Assembly: GCF_001194135.2 (NCBI RefSeq)
Contig: NC_068993.1
Span: 40,452,595-40,507,412, forward strand
Source: Octopus bimaculoides
Taxonomy: Eukaryota
Length of the DNA stretch: 54,818 nucleotides
Direction of reading: 5' to 3'
A program made the translations under genes and the position numbers. The notes beneath the pieces are model-generated. The model made no database searches. It saw only the letters and a program-made list of their open reading frames with translations, and had not been told where the DNA came from. Shown in pieces: positions 11,949 to 24,564 of this stretch (its first letter is position 1; each line of letters opens with the position of its first letter).

Positions 11949-13439
11949 CTCTATACTCTAGGTTCAATTGCCATCGAGGCTGACATTGGCTTTCATACTC
12001 TTCTCCCCACAGAAAATGTGACCTTGTGGCTAATTGTGAAATCAATATTTGTGTTGTACAATTAATTCTCTAAGTCCCACCCATCCCAACCACTGGTCAA
12101 CCACCCTGTCGCCCACACATACTGGATATTCTGGGGAATGTTATCCTGATTTATGAATGTTCTAATAAGAGATTGATCTTTCATCTCCTTAATTTCTTGG
12201 AACTGTTGTTTAGCACCGACCTTTGGTAGTGATTACTTTCGCTTTATTATCGTTGTTATCATCTTGCCATCATCACACCATCACTTTATCGTCATCATAA
12301 TCATCTCATCGACACTTTATCACATGTCATCTTACATCATATAATCACATTTCTTTGAAATCATGCGTTCCCTTTAGTTTTCTGTTTGTTGTGGGAGGTG
12401 TGTGTGTGGTGGGGACTGTATTAGTGTGTATGTATGTATATATATGCGTGTATGTATATAAATATATTTATATATGTGTGTGCATATATGCACACACACA
12501 CACATATATACATATGTATGTGTGTATGTATGTAGGCCTTCAGTGTTGCAATTACATTAACTTCATAATTGGTTTAATTTTCTTTGGGATGTATTAATTG
12601 ATTCAGTAATTATTAAGTAGTTAGCTTATTAGTGTTAACTTTATGCATGGGTATGTGTGTGTGTGTATATACATACATTCATATATATATATCTATATGT
12701 AATGAATGGCTGAAGTACTGGGTGTGTACTATATATACATACACATTTATGTGTATGTATATATATATACACACATTCATACATAAATACATGTATAGTT
12801 AGAAATTAATTAGTTTATGCAATTAGTATTATACGTTTTACATGTATATATATATTATATAATACTAAGTGCATATGTAAACTGATTAAGATCTTAAAAT
12901 GTGTGCACACACACACACACACACATCACACACATTATTCTAATATGTTCAGCAGTTTCCAGTATTTCAATTATTTTATATTTCTGAATGGAACGTCATC
13001 GCCATTATAAATAGCTTTGTAAATGTTAGGTACAATCTATGCAGTTACTTCATTTGTTTAACCCTAGGTTAGGTGAGGCCTGGTAAAGTAAACCTATGAT
13101 CAATGGCATTCTAGCCATGACCATCCTGTTTCTTTTGTTTTTGTATATATATATCATAGACTACTATATTGTTCAGTGTATACTTCACTTAAAAGAATTC
13201 TTAAACTTGAATAGCCTTCAACTTCTATCCAAACTAGTTTTTCAACCCAGTATTCACATGCTATTAGTTATAGCTTTGTGATGTGCCTCAAAATCTAAAA
13301 AGGAATTGTTTCTTTATGTATGACAGTAAGGTGTAATTTTTTTTTTTTTTTTTCAAAGCATTCGCTCATTACAAGGCCCTTAGACTATTGAAAAAGTAAG
13401 AGCTACTAGAATAAAATGGACACTAGACAGAAGTCAATA

Positions 13440-14125
13440 GGGGACGATGTACATTAAACTTAAAAGACTGGAGGTCATATTGAAGAGAAAATCAGACTGT
13501 GGAAGGGAATTCCAAAGTTCAGAGGTGCGAGGGAAGAAACTGGTACTGTAAGGTGTTTTATGACACTTAGGAGGTTGCACATTATACTGATGAGAACTGG
13601 ATGCAAGTCTAGTTGATTGCTGATAAGTTCTTTATGGAGGAACGAGAGAAGAGAGCTCAGATGAACAATGTCCATGAAAATACTTGTAGAAAAGAGACAA
13701 GGAAGCCACACGACAATGATGAGAGAGTGAATCCAATTTAGAAGATAGATCAGGACCAATAACATTACAAATATGGTGTTGAATGCGGTCCAACAGAGTT
13801 AAACAATCTGCAGGAGCACCTGCCCATATGTGACAACAGTACTCAATGCAGGGAAGAATGGTGGACTTACAAAGATAAAGAATAGTCTCAGGAGTGAGAT
13901 AACTCCTCGAACGAAGAAGTGAGCCTACCTTCATTGCAGCCGATTTGGCAATAGATTCAATGTAAGTCTTCCAAGTAAAATCATTACAGAAAGTCACTCC
14001 TAGGAGATGAAGTGAATGACTTTCAGGTAAGCCAATACCATCCACTGAAATCGATGGCAAGAAAGGATGTCTGAAGCGATTAATTGAAAGAAGTTTAGTT
14101 TTTGATGGATTCAACGTTACAAGCC
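13440..14125 (-). mobile_element. CR1/L2/Jockey-group LINE, RT C-terminal half and 3' end
   Basis: 160-aa ORF 13632-14114 'NPSKTK...LHLLGVTF...TWKTYIESIAKSAAMKVGSLLRSR...LPCIEYCCHIWAGAP...LLDRIQ', typical of this group. Confidence 0.85.
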
Positions 14126-14180
14126 TCTGGAGATTTGGCTGCTTTTTCTAGCTGATCAAGCAACCATGTAGAGGAGTGAT

Positions 14181-14400
14181 ACCATGTTTCTCTGAAAATA
14201 AGACCCGGTCTTATATTAATTTTGTATCCTAAAAATGCATTAGGGCTTATTTTCGGGGGATGTCTTCTATTTTTGTGGGAAAAGTTTATTTATTTGCTTA
14301 TTGTTTTTAGTCAAGTACAAACATTTCATTCTCTTCTGGAACATTGTCATAAGTCATCAAACCCCGAATTTAAGACTGGATTTCTTGGAAATCTGAAGGT
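14181..14400 (+). mobile_element. pogo/Tigger-like DNA transposon end
   Basis: TACCATGTTTCTCTGAAAATAAGACCCGGTCTTATATTAATTTT...AGGGCTTATTTTCGGGGGATGTC resembles Tigger-type terminal sequence (from memory, unverified). Confidence 0.45.
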
Positions 14401-14958
14401 TTGAAGGTGACGATTATAATGAAGATAGTGATGGTAGTTGTGTGTGGGAGGGATGTTGGTGATGGTGATGATGATGAATATGAAATGGTTCATATCCAAT
14501 CTGATGACCAGAGACCCTTGTTAGATTCATAAATGTATAACCTAAAGAGACTGCCATGAAAATAATCCCATCTAACCCATACCAGCATGAAGAAATGAAT
14601 ATACAACAATAACGACAATGATATCTATAAAGATGGCTCTCACCATATTCCTAATGCCCTTCACATTTTGGAATCTTTCAATTTCATTTGAAATGTATTT
14701 TAAACCTTTAATTTTCTCTTGTTTTGATGTGTAAAAACCTTAACAAGTGCCGTCTGCCTGTAAAAACTCATTCACAAGTGTGGATAAATCAGTTGTAATA
14801 CACAGAACAGTAAGAGACTTGTTGACTGCTTTCAAGTTATTTGCTATCATCAATGACCCTTCAGGAAAGCAAATATACTTATAGAAGCCAGATTTCCATG
14901 TTAGTATGTGTGAGTGTGAGTATGTATGATACATACATAAAGACACGTGCACACACAC

Positions 14959-15002
<44 letters not shown>

Positions 15003-15458
15003 NNNNNNNNNNNNNNNNNNNNNNNNNNNNNNNNNNNNNNNNNNNNNNNNNNNNNNNNNNNNNNNNNNNNNNNNNNNNNNNNNNNNNNNNNNNNNNNNNN
15101 NNNNNNNNNNNNNNNNNNNNNNNNNNNNNNNNNNNNNNNNNNNNNNNNNNNNNNNNNNNNNNNNNNNNNNNNNNNNNNNNNNNNNNNNNNNNNNNNNNNN
15201 NNNNNNNNNNNNNNNNNNNNNNNNNNNNNNNNNNNNNNNNNNNNNNNNNNNNNNNNNNNNNNNNNNNNNNNNNNNNNNNNNNNNNNNNNNNNNNNNNNNN
15301 NNNNNNNNNNNNNNNNNNNNNNNNNNNNNNNNNNNNNNNNNNNNNNNNNNNNNNNNNNNNNNNNNNNNNNNNNNNNNNNNNNNNNNNNNNNNNNNNNNNN
15401 NNNNNNNNNNNNNNNNNNNNNNNNNNNNNNNNNNNNNNNNNNNNNNNNNNNNNNNNNN

Positions 15459-15870
15459 GTATGTCTATGTGTATATATATATATATACATATATATGTGT
15501 ATGTGTGTGTATATATGTATGTGTGTATATATGTATGTATATGTGTGTGTATATGTACGTATATATATATGTATGTATATGTGTGTGTATATGTACGTAT
15601 ATATATGTATGTACGTATATATATATATGTACATATATATATATGTACATATATACGTATGTATGTACATTTGTACATATGTATGTATGTATATACGTAT
15701 ACATGTACATATGTATGTATGTATGTGTGTTTGTATGTATGTATGTATTTGTATGTACGTATATATGTATGTATACGTATATGAATGTATGTATTTGTAT
15801 GTATATATATATGTATGTATACACATGTACTTCTATCTATCTACTTACACATGCGCGTGTGTGTGTATAA
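15459..15870. repeat. Compound (TA)/(TG)/(TATG) microsatellite beside a 456-N gap
   Basis: Direct inspection; source of the 300-aa YIC-type pseudo-ORFs. Confidence 0.95.
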
Positions 15871-15899
15871 TTGGTGTTTATGCGTTTGTTGTGATTAAA

Positions 15900-15935
15900 C
15901 AAGTATCATTGACACTCCTGTGTCAATGATACTTG
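15900..15935. repeat. Perfect 16-bp inverted repeat with 4-nt loop
   Basis: CAAGTATCATTGACAC-TCCT-GTGTCAATGATACTTG. Confidence 0.95.
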
Positions 15936-16139
15936 ATAATTACTCCTTCAACATCTTGATTAGGTTATCTAGGGTTGTAATCTCCAGTAAATAGTCTGTG
16001 TGTGTGTCTGTGTATGTCTGTGTGTGTGTTTATGTATTGTTGCATATGTATATTTGTATGTGTGTGTGTGTGTTATTCTTTTTCTCTTTTACTTGTTTCA
16101 GTCATTTGAATGCTGCCATGCTGGAGCATTGCCTTTAGT

Positions 16140-16805
16140 CGAACTGGAGTGTCTCCTTTTTTAAGTTGGTGAATATTGCCATAATCCTTGCCTCCAGTTC
16201 ATCTTTGGTGTTACAAGGAGTTTTGTCGGTCTCTCACACAACTGTGCCCCACACATAACAATCAAAGAGGGTTGCAATGTGAGGAGTTATTTGGCCTGAT
16301 GTTAGTGGGGGATGTGGTCGTATAAATTGTCTGATAGCCAGGACTGGGTTCTCCTGCTTGTGTGGAATGGTGCAGAGTCCTGTTGCCAGACATAGGGTCT
16401 TTCAGCAGTCACCCTCTTGACCCAGGGCAGCACTACCTCCTCCGGGTGCTTAATGTAGGCCTCTGTGTTGAGTCTGAGGCTGTGTGGGAAGATGAATGGA
16501 GGCATAACGTTGACATCACTAGTGATCACTCCAAACACCATGATGTTTGATTTTTATCGCTCTTGGTACATGTCCTCAGATTGACACACAAACACTCTGA
16601 AATATTCATATTTGAACTTCCGATGTGAATGCCAAGCAGTACAGCATGTCAATTCTAAGTTTGAATTGCATCATGGTGCTGTTTTTGTCACATACATTGC
16701 CCAACTGACCCTACTATACTGTGTAGTTGACAAAATCAAAAACAAACAATGCATGCACGAAATTAAAAATATAAAATGACAACAATTTACCCATCGCACC
16801 CTGTA
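16140..16805 (-). mobile_element. Tc1/mariner DD37D (maT)-like transposon, internally deleted
   Basis: ORF 16302-16541 'MVFGVITSD...VLPWVKRV...YVWQQDSAPFHTSRRTQSWL', then 'CNPL..YVWG...TPCNTKDELEARI'. Terminus TA-CAGGGTGCGATGGG at 16790-16805. Confidence 0.85.
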
Positions 16806-17535
16806 TATGTGTATAAAACGTAGAGTTACAAATATTGTAGGGATTTTATAAAAAAAACTCAAAATGCCTTTATGTTTTTCTTAATTTTTCTTAATTTCTA
16901 CAAATATTTTCTTCATATTTTTTCTTAATTTTTCTTAATTTCTACAAATATTGTAGGGATTTTATAAAAAATACTCAAAATGCCTTCATGTTTTTCTTAA
17001 TTTTAATCTAGATAGAAAGTTTATAGACTCATGAACATCATCATCATTTTATGTCCGCTTTCTATGCTAGCATAGGTTGGACAGTTTGACAGATGCTGGT
17101 AAGGCTGGGAGCCACACCAGGCTCCATTGTCTGATCTGGTATGGTTTGTATGACTTGATGCCCTTTCTTTCGCCAACCACTGTACAGAGTGTACTGCGTG
17201 CTTTTTATGAGGAACTAGCTTCAGTGCTTTTTGCAATTAAAATCATAATTAAAATTCTGTTTCTTAATCTTTTAATAAGAATGTTGACATAAAGTAATCA
17301 ACAAATTGTATTTATTTGTTGGTGTGGTAAGGAAAGATGGGAGTAGCAGGTTGTCAAACAACAATTAGGAAGTAAGTGAGTGGCAGTAGAAGAAGTATAA
17401 TGAAAGTGTAAGGATGAGATGTTTATCTCACTATCCTGATTGGCAAACGTGAAAAGATCAGATGAGAGTGAGAGAATTGAAAATAAATTAAAAAGTAAAG
17501 GGTTAGTTCTATAGTGTTTCTATAGTGAATATATT

Positions 17536-17787
17536 GTGCAGGTGGCATGTAAAATACACCAATTTGAGCGTGGCCGTTGCCAGTACTGCCTGACTGGCCT
17601 TCGTGCTGGTGGCATGTAAAAGCACCCACTACACTCTCGGAGTGGTTGGCGTTAGGAAGGGCATCCAGCTGTAGAAACTCTGCCAAATCAGATTGGAGCC
17701 TGGTGTAGCCATCTGGTTCACCAGGCCTCTGTCAAATCGTCCAGCCCATGCTAGCATGGAAAGTGGACGTTAAACGATGATGATGAT
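17536..17787 (+). mobile_element. 5'-truncated RTE 3'-UTR terminal module
   Basis: 1.5 tandem units + terminal module + (GAT)n tail. Confidence 0.85.
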
Positions 17788-17789
17788 TG

Positions 17790-18046
17790 TCATGTGGCTG
17801 ACCAGACTATCAGATGTTGTTATACATTGCTAGTCACAATCCACTTTGTACCATTTTAGCCTTCAACTGATGCCACCCTGCTGGCTAAGGCAGCAGCCCG
17901 ACATTCCCCCCCATGATCTAAAGAAGGAATGAAGTAGTGTGATATGAAGTGTTTTGCTTAAGAACACAAAGCGCTGCCTGGCCTGGAAATTGAGCCTATG
18001 GTCTAGCGATTGCGAGTGCAACTGCTTAACTACTAGGCCATGCACC
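17790..18046 (-). mobile_element. tRNA-derived SINE (same family as 28112-28380)
   Basis: Minus-strand head GGTGCATGGCCTAGTAGTTAAG and 3' part AGGGTGGCATCAGTTGAAGGCTAAAA shared with 28112-28380. Confidence 0.7.
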
Positions 18047-18184
18047 TTCTCTGTGCTAATTGTAGGAAAAGAAACATGCAAAATCTTAATCTATTGATAG
18101 ATTAACAAGGAAATCTTTATTGAATTCAGAATTTTATAAACATTTCGGGAAGAGAACTTCTGGCATTATGGTAGTTACATATAA

Positions 18185-18430
18185 ATAATGATGGTGATGG
18201 GGGTAGTAATCTTATTGTAGGTGGCAGTTGTAGTTGTGGTGATGGTGTTGGTTGTGGTTCTGATGGTAATTGTGGTGGTGGTGCTGCTGTCTGATATTGG
18301 TGGTTGTGGTGTTGGTGTTGATGATGATGATAATAACAGTGGTGGAGTGGTAGTTGTAGTGAGGTGGTGGTTGTATTGGTAGTGGTAGCATTGGGAATGA
18401 TAATGGTGGTGATGATGATGATAGTGGTTT
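18185..18430. repeat. (GGT)/(GAT) low-complexity tract
   Basis: Direct inspection. Confidence 0.9.
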
Positions 18431-19302
18431 AAGATTAGTATTTAAACAACAGATTTTCTTATTGCCTGCTATTTTACTGATACAGATTCTTCACTAAATC
18501 AGTTTCATTTCACTTTGTGTAATTAAATTGGTCACCCTTGTATAATGATCACAGCTACAACATTAATGCTCTTTGTGTGTGCATCTGTGTCTATATATAT
18601 GTATAAATATATATAGATATATATATACACACACACATGTATATACATATACAAATGCTTATGTCTAGATGTATATCTGTATATCTATATATATATACAC
18701 ATATGTGTGTGTGGTGTATGTATATACACACAGATATATTACAATAGTAAACTTAGTCTGTAATCTAATGAATTTAATTAGAGAAGTGATTTTTACATTC
18801 ATATACATTTGCCAATTGTTTTGTTAATACAAATTCGCTAATGACTTTATCGAGTGATACAATTAGCATGTTAATTTTATATTAACGAACTACACAATTA
18901 CAGAATTAGTTCCATTGTGGTTTACTAAGAAGCGGGAAAGTTTGTTCTATGCCATTATTGCCTCGTTGAGCTTATAGTATTAAATTGATTGTACTGGAGT
19001 ACAACAATCAGCGTGTAAATTAATTTAAATATTTTCCGTTGGATAAAATAAATAAGAATATTGCCAAAGTTTTTCAATGTAGAATTCTGAGAATGCATTT
19101 CAAATTGTGTTAAGGTATTGAATTGTACACAGGGTCAGATTTAGGTTTTGATTTCCTCTTTGAATAGAAAAATCTCTGAATCACTGCAAAGAACATCATC
19201 AATGACTTCAGAAATGGTGACATTTTAAAGAATATATATGTGTGTGTGTGTGTGTGTGTAAGTATATATGAATGTATTATATTCTCTAAAAATGTCACCA
19301 TT

Positions 19303-19343
<41 letters not shown>

Positions 19344-19393
19344 GAACATGTGTCCAAATTTGTGTGTATTCTTTGTTACAATATACATAATAC

Positions 19394-19426
<33 letters not shown>

Positions 19427-19458
19427 CATACACACACAGGTGTGTGTCTGTATGTATG

Positions 19459-19497
<39 letters not shown>

Positions 19498-19681
19498 ATA
19501 TGTATATTTGTATGTATTTATGCATGTATGTATGTATGCATTTGCATAGACAGACATACAATATACTTACTCGCTAGATATTCACTTTATGCAAAGTTTA
19601 TTCTTTTGTACAATTTATCGGCAATTAAATAGCGTGAAGGCTAAGTGTGGCGGCCCTTTCTTCTGCCACAGCTTCATTCAT

Positions 19682-19716
19682 ATGTCAGTTTTTCGTAGTG
19701 CTGGGTACATTTTGTT
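19682..19716 (+). CDS. Candidate start-codon exon (MSVFRSAGYIL)
   Basis: Acceptor CCCTTTCTTCTGCCACAG at 19671, ATG at 19682, donor GTT|GTGAGC at 19717 (alternative weaker donor at 19705), CpG-retaining context. Joins 25546-25611 in frame. Confidence 0.25.
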
Positions 19717-20066
19717 GTGAGCGGCAGCCTCTTAGAATTGCTTACCTATTTCAAAAGTCGATGTAATAATGCCTCTTGTTAAAAATTTTTGTGAAAGAAA
19801 ACTAAAAGTTAACAAATAGATAAATAAATGAATAAATAAATCAGTCTTTTCTGATTTTCGAAATTCTGTAACTCCCAACAGAGAAAGTCTCCTGCAATTC
19901 CTGTTTGACTGAAGTTCATTTTGATGATGATGGAAACGGTTTCAATAGAAATATCTTGAGGTTGACAGAATAATCCTTATATGTTCTCAATGCTTCCTGT
20001 TCAAAAGAAATTCCTAAATACTCAGTTATCCTCTATTTTTCACATGTGTATGTATGCATGGATGTA

Positions 20067-20151
<85 letters not shown>

Positions 20152-20940
20152 TGTATGTGTATATGTTTATATACATACACATTGTTTCTTTTTTTTACTT
20201 TTATGTGTTTGGTTTCCTATTTTAATGGGGGGGGGGGTTTGGCTATTTTTCAAAAATTTCTCTAGCCATTGTAGAATTTTAAATTCCCTTTTGCAAGAAA
20301 TGTGTTTCCCAAGCAAAATTCCAAAATCGTATTTTTTTTTTTAAAGAAATTCTTCCCTTTTACTTAGTTTTTATTGTTCAATAAGAATGAAAGGAAAAAA
20401 AAAAGAAAGAAAGAAAGCAGATGTCTTAGATATTTTATTTTTAAAATATACATTTAATTATGGTATTTTTGCCTCAATTTTTAAATTTCTTTTCAATGTA
20501 TATTTTTCTTGCTCTTACATAAAACTTCATTTAAAAAACACTGGTTTAAGAAGATAGCAAACTATAGACCTGGCAATGGGGAAAAATTCAAGTTAAACAT
20601 ACAACAATTGATACTATTGTTATTCGTTCGTTTTACGAAATGTTGAAAGAGAGAAAGACAAGGAGAAAGAGAGAGGGATACAGAGATTGAAGGTGTGGGG
20701 TTTATATATATATTTTTTATATATATATTTTGTTATATTTTATACCTGGGCGTTTTATTGTTGTCTGCAAGGAGTGTGATGTTATGACAACATTTGGAGG
20801 ACAGTATATTTTATTTTGTCATATGTTTGTGTTTTTCATTTTGAATCTCTCAGAAAATATTGTCTTTCCCCATTTTCTCTCTTCTTTTGTTTTGTATCAG
20901 TGTGTGTGTGTATTTTAAGAGTTGTGTTAAGCTTTGAAGT

Positions 20941-21317
20941 GGAGGCGCAATGGCCCAGTGGTTAGGGCAGCGGACTCGCGGTCATAGGATCGCGGTTTCG
21001 ATTCCCAGACCGGGCGTTGTGAGTGTTTATTGAGTGAAAACACTTAAAGCTCCACGAGGCTCCGGCAGGGGATGGTGGTGAACCCTGCTGTACTCTTCCA
21101 CCACAACTTTCTCTCGCTCTTACCTCCTGTTTCTGTTGTGCTTGTAATTCAAAGAGCCAGCCTTGTCACGCTGAATATCCCTGAGAACTACGTTAAGGGT
21201 ACACATGTCTGTGGAGTGCTCAGCCACTTGCATGTTAATTTCATGAGCAGGCTGTTCCGTTGATCGGATCAACTGGAACCCTCGACGTCGTAAGCGACGG
21301 AGTGCCAACAACAACAA
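20941..21317 (+). mobile_element. Full-length young tRNA(Arg)-like SINE with TSD (possibly an octopus OR-type SINE)
   Basis: A box TGGCCCAGTGG (20951), B box GTTTCGATTCC (20995), TCG anticodon-like loop, CpGs retained, (CAA)n tail, TSD TAAGCTTTGAA at 20928-20938 and 21318-21328. Confidence 0.9.
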
Positions 21318-21354
21318 TAAGCTTTGAACTAGTTTAATAATTATCTTATATATT

Positions 21355-21730
21355 GGCTCAGGTGTAGCTGTGTGGATAGTAAATTTGCTTCTGAGTCATA
21401 TGGTTTCAAGGTCGAACCTAGGCATGGGCATGTTTCATTCTGGGTTCAGTTCCACTGCATGACACCTTGGGCAAGTATCTTCTACCGAAGCCCCAGTAAA
21501 GAGAAACTAAAAGAAACCTATCATATAGATACACATAAATATATATATAAGATATATATGTGTGTGTGTCTTTGTGCATTTAGTTGTCCCTCACCACTGC
21601 TAGACTTTTGGTGTTGGTTTGTTTACATCCCTGTAACTTGGTTGCTCAGTAAAAGAGACCAATGTACGAGGCTTAAAAAAAAATAAATAAGAACTGTGGT
21701 CTATTTGGTGTACTAAATATTTCAAAATAG
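21355..21730 (+). mobile_element. Composite SINE (family A + microsatellite + module B), decayed
   Basis: Same modular order as 921-1287. Confidence 0.7.
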
Positions 21731-22204
21731 TGCCCTGAAAAATGTAAACAATAAAAAATACAAAATCAATATCTTGGGTTGTGCAAAGCCTTGTGAGTGG
21801 ATTTAATTGATGGAAACTGAAAGAAGCTTGATGTATTTATGCATGTGTGTGTGTGTGTCTTTATCTCTTGGCATTGTGTGAAAGTCGTAAATGAGTATCA
21901 CTGTTATACAAACAGTGTCAAAACATGTCTAGCCCTGTGTTGGGGCTATAGTAAAAGACACTTGCTCAAGGTGCCACGCAGTGGGACTGAACCCAAAACC
22001 ATGTAGTTGGGAAGGAAGCTTCTTTCCATGCAACCACACCTGTGCCTAAAAATTATTATTATTATTATTTTTATAATATATCCTTATTAATCTTTCTTTT
22101 TCTCTTTCATTAAGTTAAAGTCATGAAAAGATTAAAATAAGCCATAAAAAACTCTTTGAAAGAGATTTGGTTGTATTTAATTAATAAAATCTCACAAAGA
22201 AAGT

Positions 22205-22422
22205 TTAACTCTTTAGCATTTAAACTGGCCATATCCGGCCCAAAATATTCTACCCGTTTTACATGCATTCTGACTAGATCCAGCCTCTCATACCTACCCG
22301 ACAATGTCATTTTAAAAATAAATAATCACATCACTGAAACCTCAAAGCTATGAGATAATGCATGATTAATTCAAAACAATGTGAATAAACATTTGACAAA
22401 ACCTGAGTGCTGAAGGGTTGAA
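22205..22422 (+). mobile_element. piggyBac-like MITE (~220 bp family)
   Basis: TTAAC(T)CTTTAGCATT...GTGCTGAAGGGTTGAA termini; interior shared with 32778-33005, 49261-49395 and 51878-52054. Confidence 0.75.
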
Positions 22423-23069
22423 ACATTTTGTCTTAACCAACACCTTCTTTGGACTGAATTCCCCAACAATTCCCTATCAAATGTCATTTTTGTCAAATCC
22501 TGTAAGGCTTGTGTTACTATCTCTAGATGCCAGGATTTTGAATTTGCCTTGCATCGTCATCACCATCATCGTTCTCATTGTTTTAATGTCCACTTTTCCA
22601 TGCTCATATGGTTCAGCTGGAATTTGTTGCAGATGATTTTTCTATGAGCAAATGCATTTTCTGTTGCTGACCATCACTGGTTTCCAAGCGGTGGGACTGA
22701 ACATGAGACCATGAGGTTTGGAAGCAAGCATCTTAACCATATAGCTATGCCTGTATCTGTATAATAAAATTACTAATATAGAACTCAATACAAAACTAAA
22801 AGCATATATTTGTGTATGGAACCTGTAGCAAATTCTTGCCGAAACACTCGGATCTGTGGAATCCTGGTTGGAAATTGCTGATCTAAATCACTTTGCTCAT
22901 TTAAATAAAAATGGGTCAGAATTAATTAGTAACTTAGTGGTTCAGCAAAAGAGACCGATTGGCTTACAAAAAATAAGTCCTGGGGTTGATTTGTTTGACC
23001 AAAGGCGGTGCTCTAGCATGGTTGCAGTCAAATGGCTGAAACAAGTAAAAGAATAACAGAATAAAAGAA

Positions 23070-23281
23070 TATTGGTTTCCAATTTTGGCACATGGCCAGC
23101 AGTTTTAGAGGAGGGGGCAAGTCAATTATATTAACTCCAGTGCTGAGTCGGTACTTATTTTAGTGACCCTGAAAGGGTGATAGGCATAGTTGACCCCAGA
23201 AAAATTTGAACTCAGAATGCAGAGACATGAAATGCTACTAAGCATGTCACCTGGTGTGCTAACGGTTCTGTCAGCTCACCA
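23070..23281 (-). mobile_element. tRNA-derived SINE family C
   Basis: Reverse complement of GAGCTGACAGAACCGTTAGCAC...CTGAGTTCAAATT...; same head as 40773-40993. Confidence 0.7.
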
Positions 23282-24341
23282 TAGTTTAATTTATCATCAT
23301 TATCGCGATTGTTGTAATTGTTGTCATCGCTGTCATCATTGCAATCATAATAATCACCCACATCACCCATAAATTCTATAATATCAAGATAAAAAGAAGC
23401 AACTAAAAATAAAATATAACGCCCATTTAACTGTTCTCAAGATGACAGAATATATATATATATATATATANNNNNNNNNNNNNNNNNNNNNNNNNNNNNN
23501 NNNNNNNNNNNNNNNNNNNNNNNNNNNNNNNNNNNNNNNNNNNNNNNNNNNNNNNNNNNNNNNNNNNNNNNNNNNNNNNNNNNNNNNNNNNNNNNNNNNN
23601 NNNNNNNNNNNNNNNNNNNNNNNNNNNNNNNNNNNNNNNNNNNNNNNNNNNNNNNNNNNNNNNNNNNNNNNNNNNNNNNNNNNNNNNNNNNNNNNNNNNN
23701 NNNNNNNNNNNNNNNNNNNNNNNNNNNNNNNNNNNNNNNNNNNNNNNNNNNNNNNNNNNNNNNNNNNNNNNNNNNNNNNNNNNNNNNNNNNNNNNNNNNN
23801 NNNNNNNNNNNNNNNNNNNNNNNNNNNNNNNNNNNNNNNNNNNNNNNNNNNNNNNNNNNNNNNNNNNNNNNNNNNNNNNNNNNNNNNNNNNNNNNNNNNN
23901 NNNNNNNNNNNNNNNNNNNNNNNNNNNNNNNNNNNNNNNNNNNNNNNNNNNNNNNNNNNNNNNNNNNNNNNNNNNNNNNNNNNNNNNNNNNNNNNNNNNN
24001 NNNNNNNNNNNNNNNNNNNNNNNNNNNNNNNNNNNNNNNNNAGAAGATTTAAAAATGAACCACCCCCGCCACCAAAAAAAAAAAAAGAAAAAAAGAAATG
24101 ACTTAGCAAAATAGCTAAAATAACCCTAACCCCACACCTCCCTCAAAATACTCACAAAATCTTTGCCACAGACATTCACAAGAGAGGACTTCCAATATGA
24201 AGAGAATATAAAACTATAAGTGAAACTATCAAGAGTTTCTGAAAAGGCACAGTTACAACAAGGAGGTGTTTGAAGAAATGCTGTACGGAAACAGCTGAAC
24301 GAATATAAAACTGCTAGATGTTAAGATAGTGCGAACCAAAC

Positions 24342-24494
24342 CTTCTGTGTCCTCAGAGTTTTTGAAAGAAAACTTCACTCTTTTATCTCCATTACAACAT
24401 ATGTTTGGTATGATGCCATAAGTTATGGCATCATATTTCCATATTGATTTCTCCAATTCCCTCTGCTTCCTCCATTCTTGTTTTTCTTCTTCTT
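24342..24494 (-). CDS. Candidate 153-nt phase-1/1 exon (xEEEKQEWRKQRELEKSIWKYDAITYGIIPNICCNGDKRVKFSFKNSEDTE)
   Basis: Acceptor CACTTGCCACAG, weak donor AAG|GTTTGG, 51 open codons, protein-like composition. Product not recognised. Confidence 0.4.
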
Positions 24495-24564
24495 CTGTGG
24501 CAAGTGTGTGTTTTTAAAATGAGAGAAATAACTAAGAAATACCTAACTGATATACACCACCCGT

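Noticed and set aside
14740-14858. Possible terminal exon GSLMIANNLKAVNKSLTVLCITT... (vaguely LRR-like)
   Set aside because: Weak AAG acceptor, no convincing donor and no recognisable homology.
14740-15929. 300+ aa ORFs here and at 23384-24109, 26483-26979, 30004-31028 and 49379-49873
   Set aside because: They are runs of N and dinucleotide repeats, not coding sequence.
24121-24132. TAACCCTAACCC as a telomerase RNA template
   Set aside because: Only two telomeric units, with no recognisable pseudoknot or H/ACA context.
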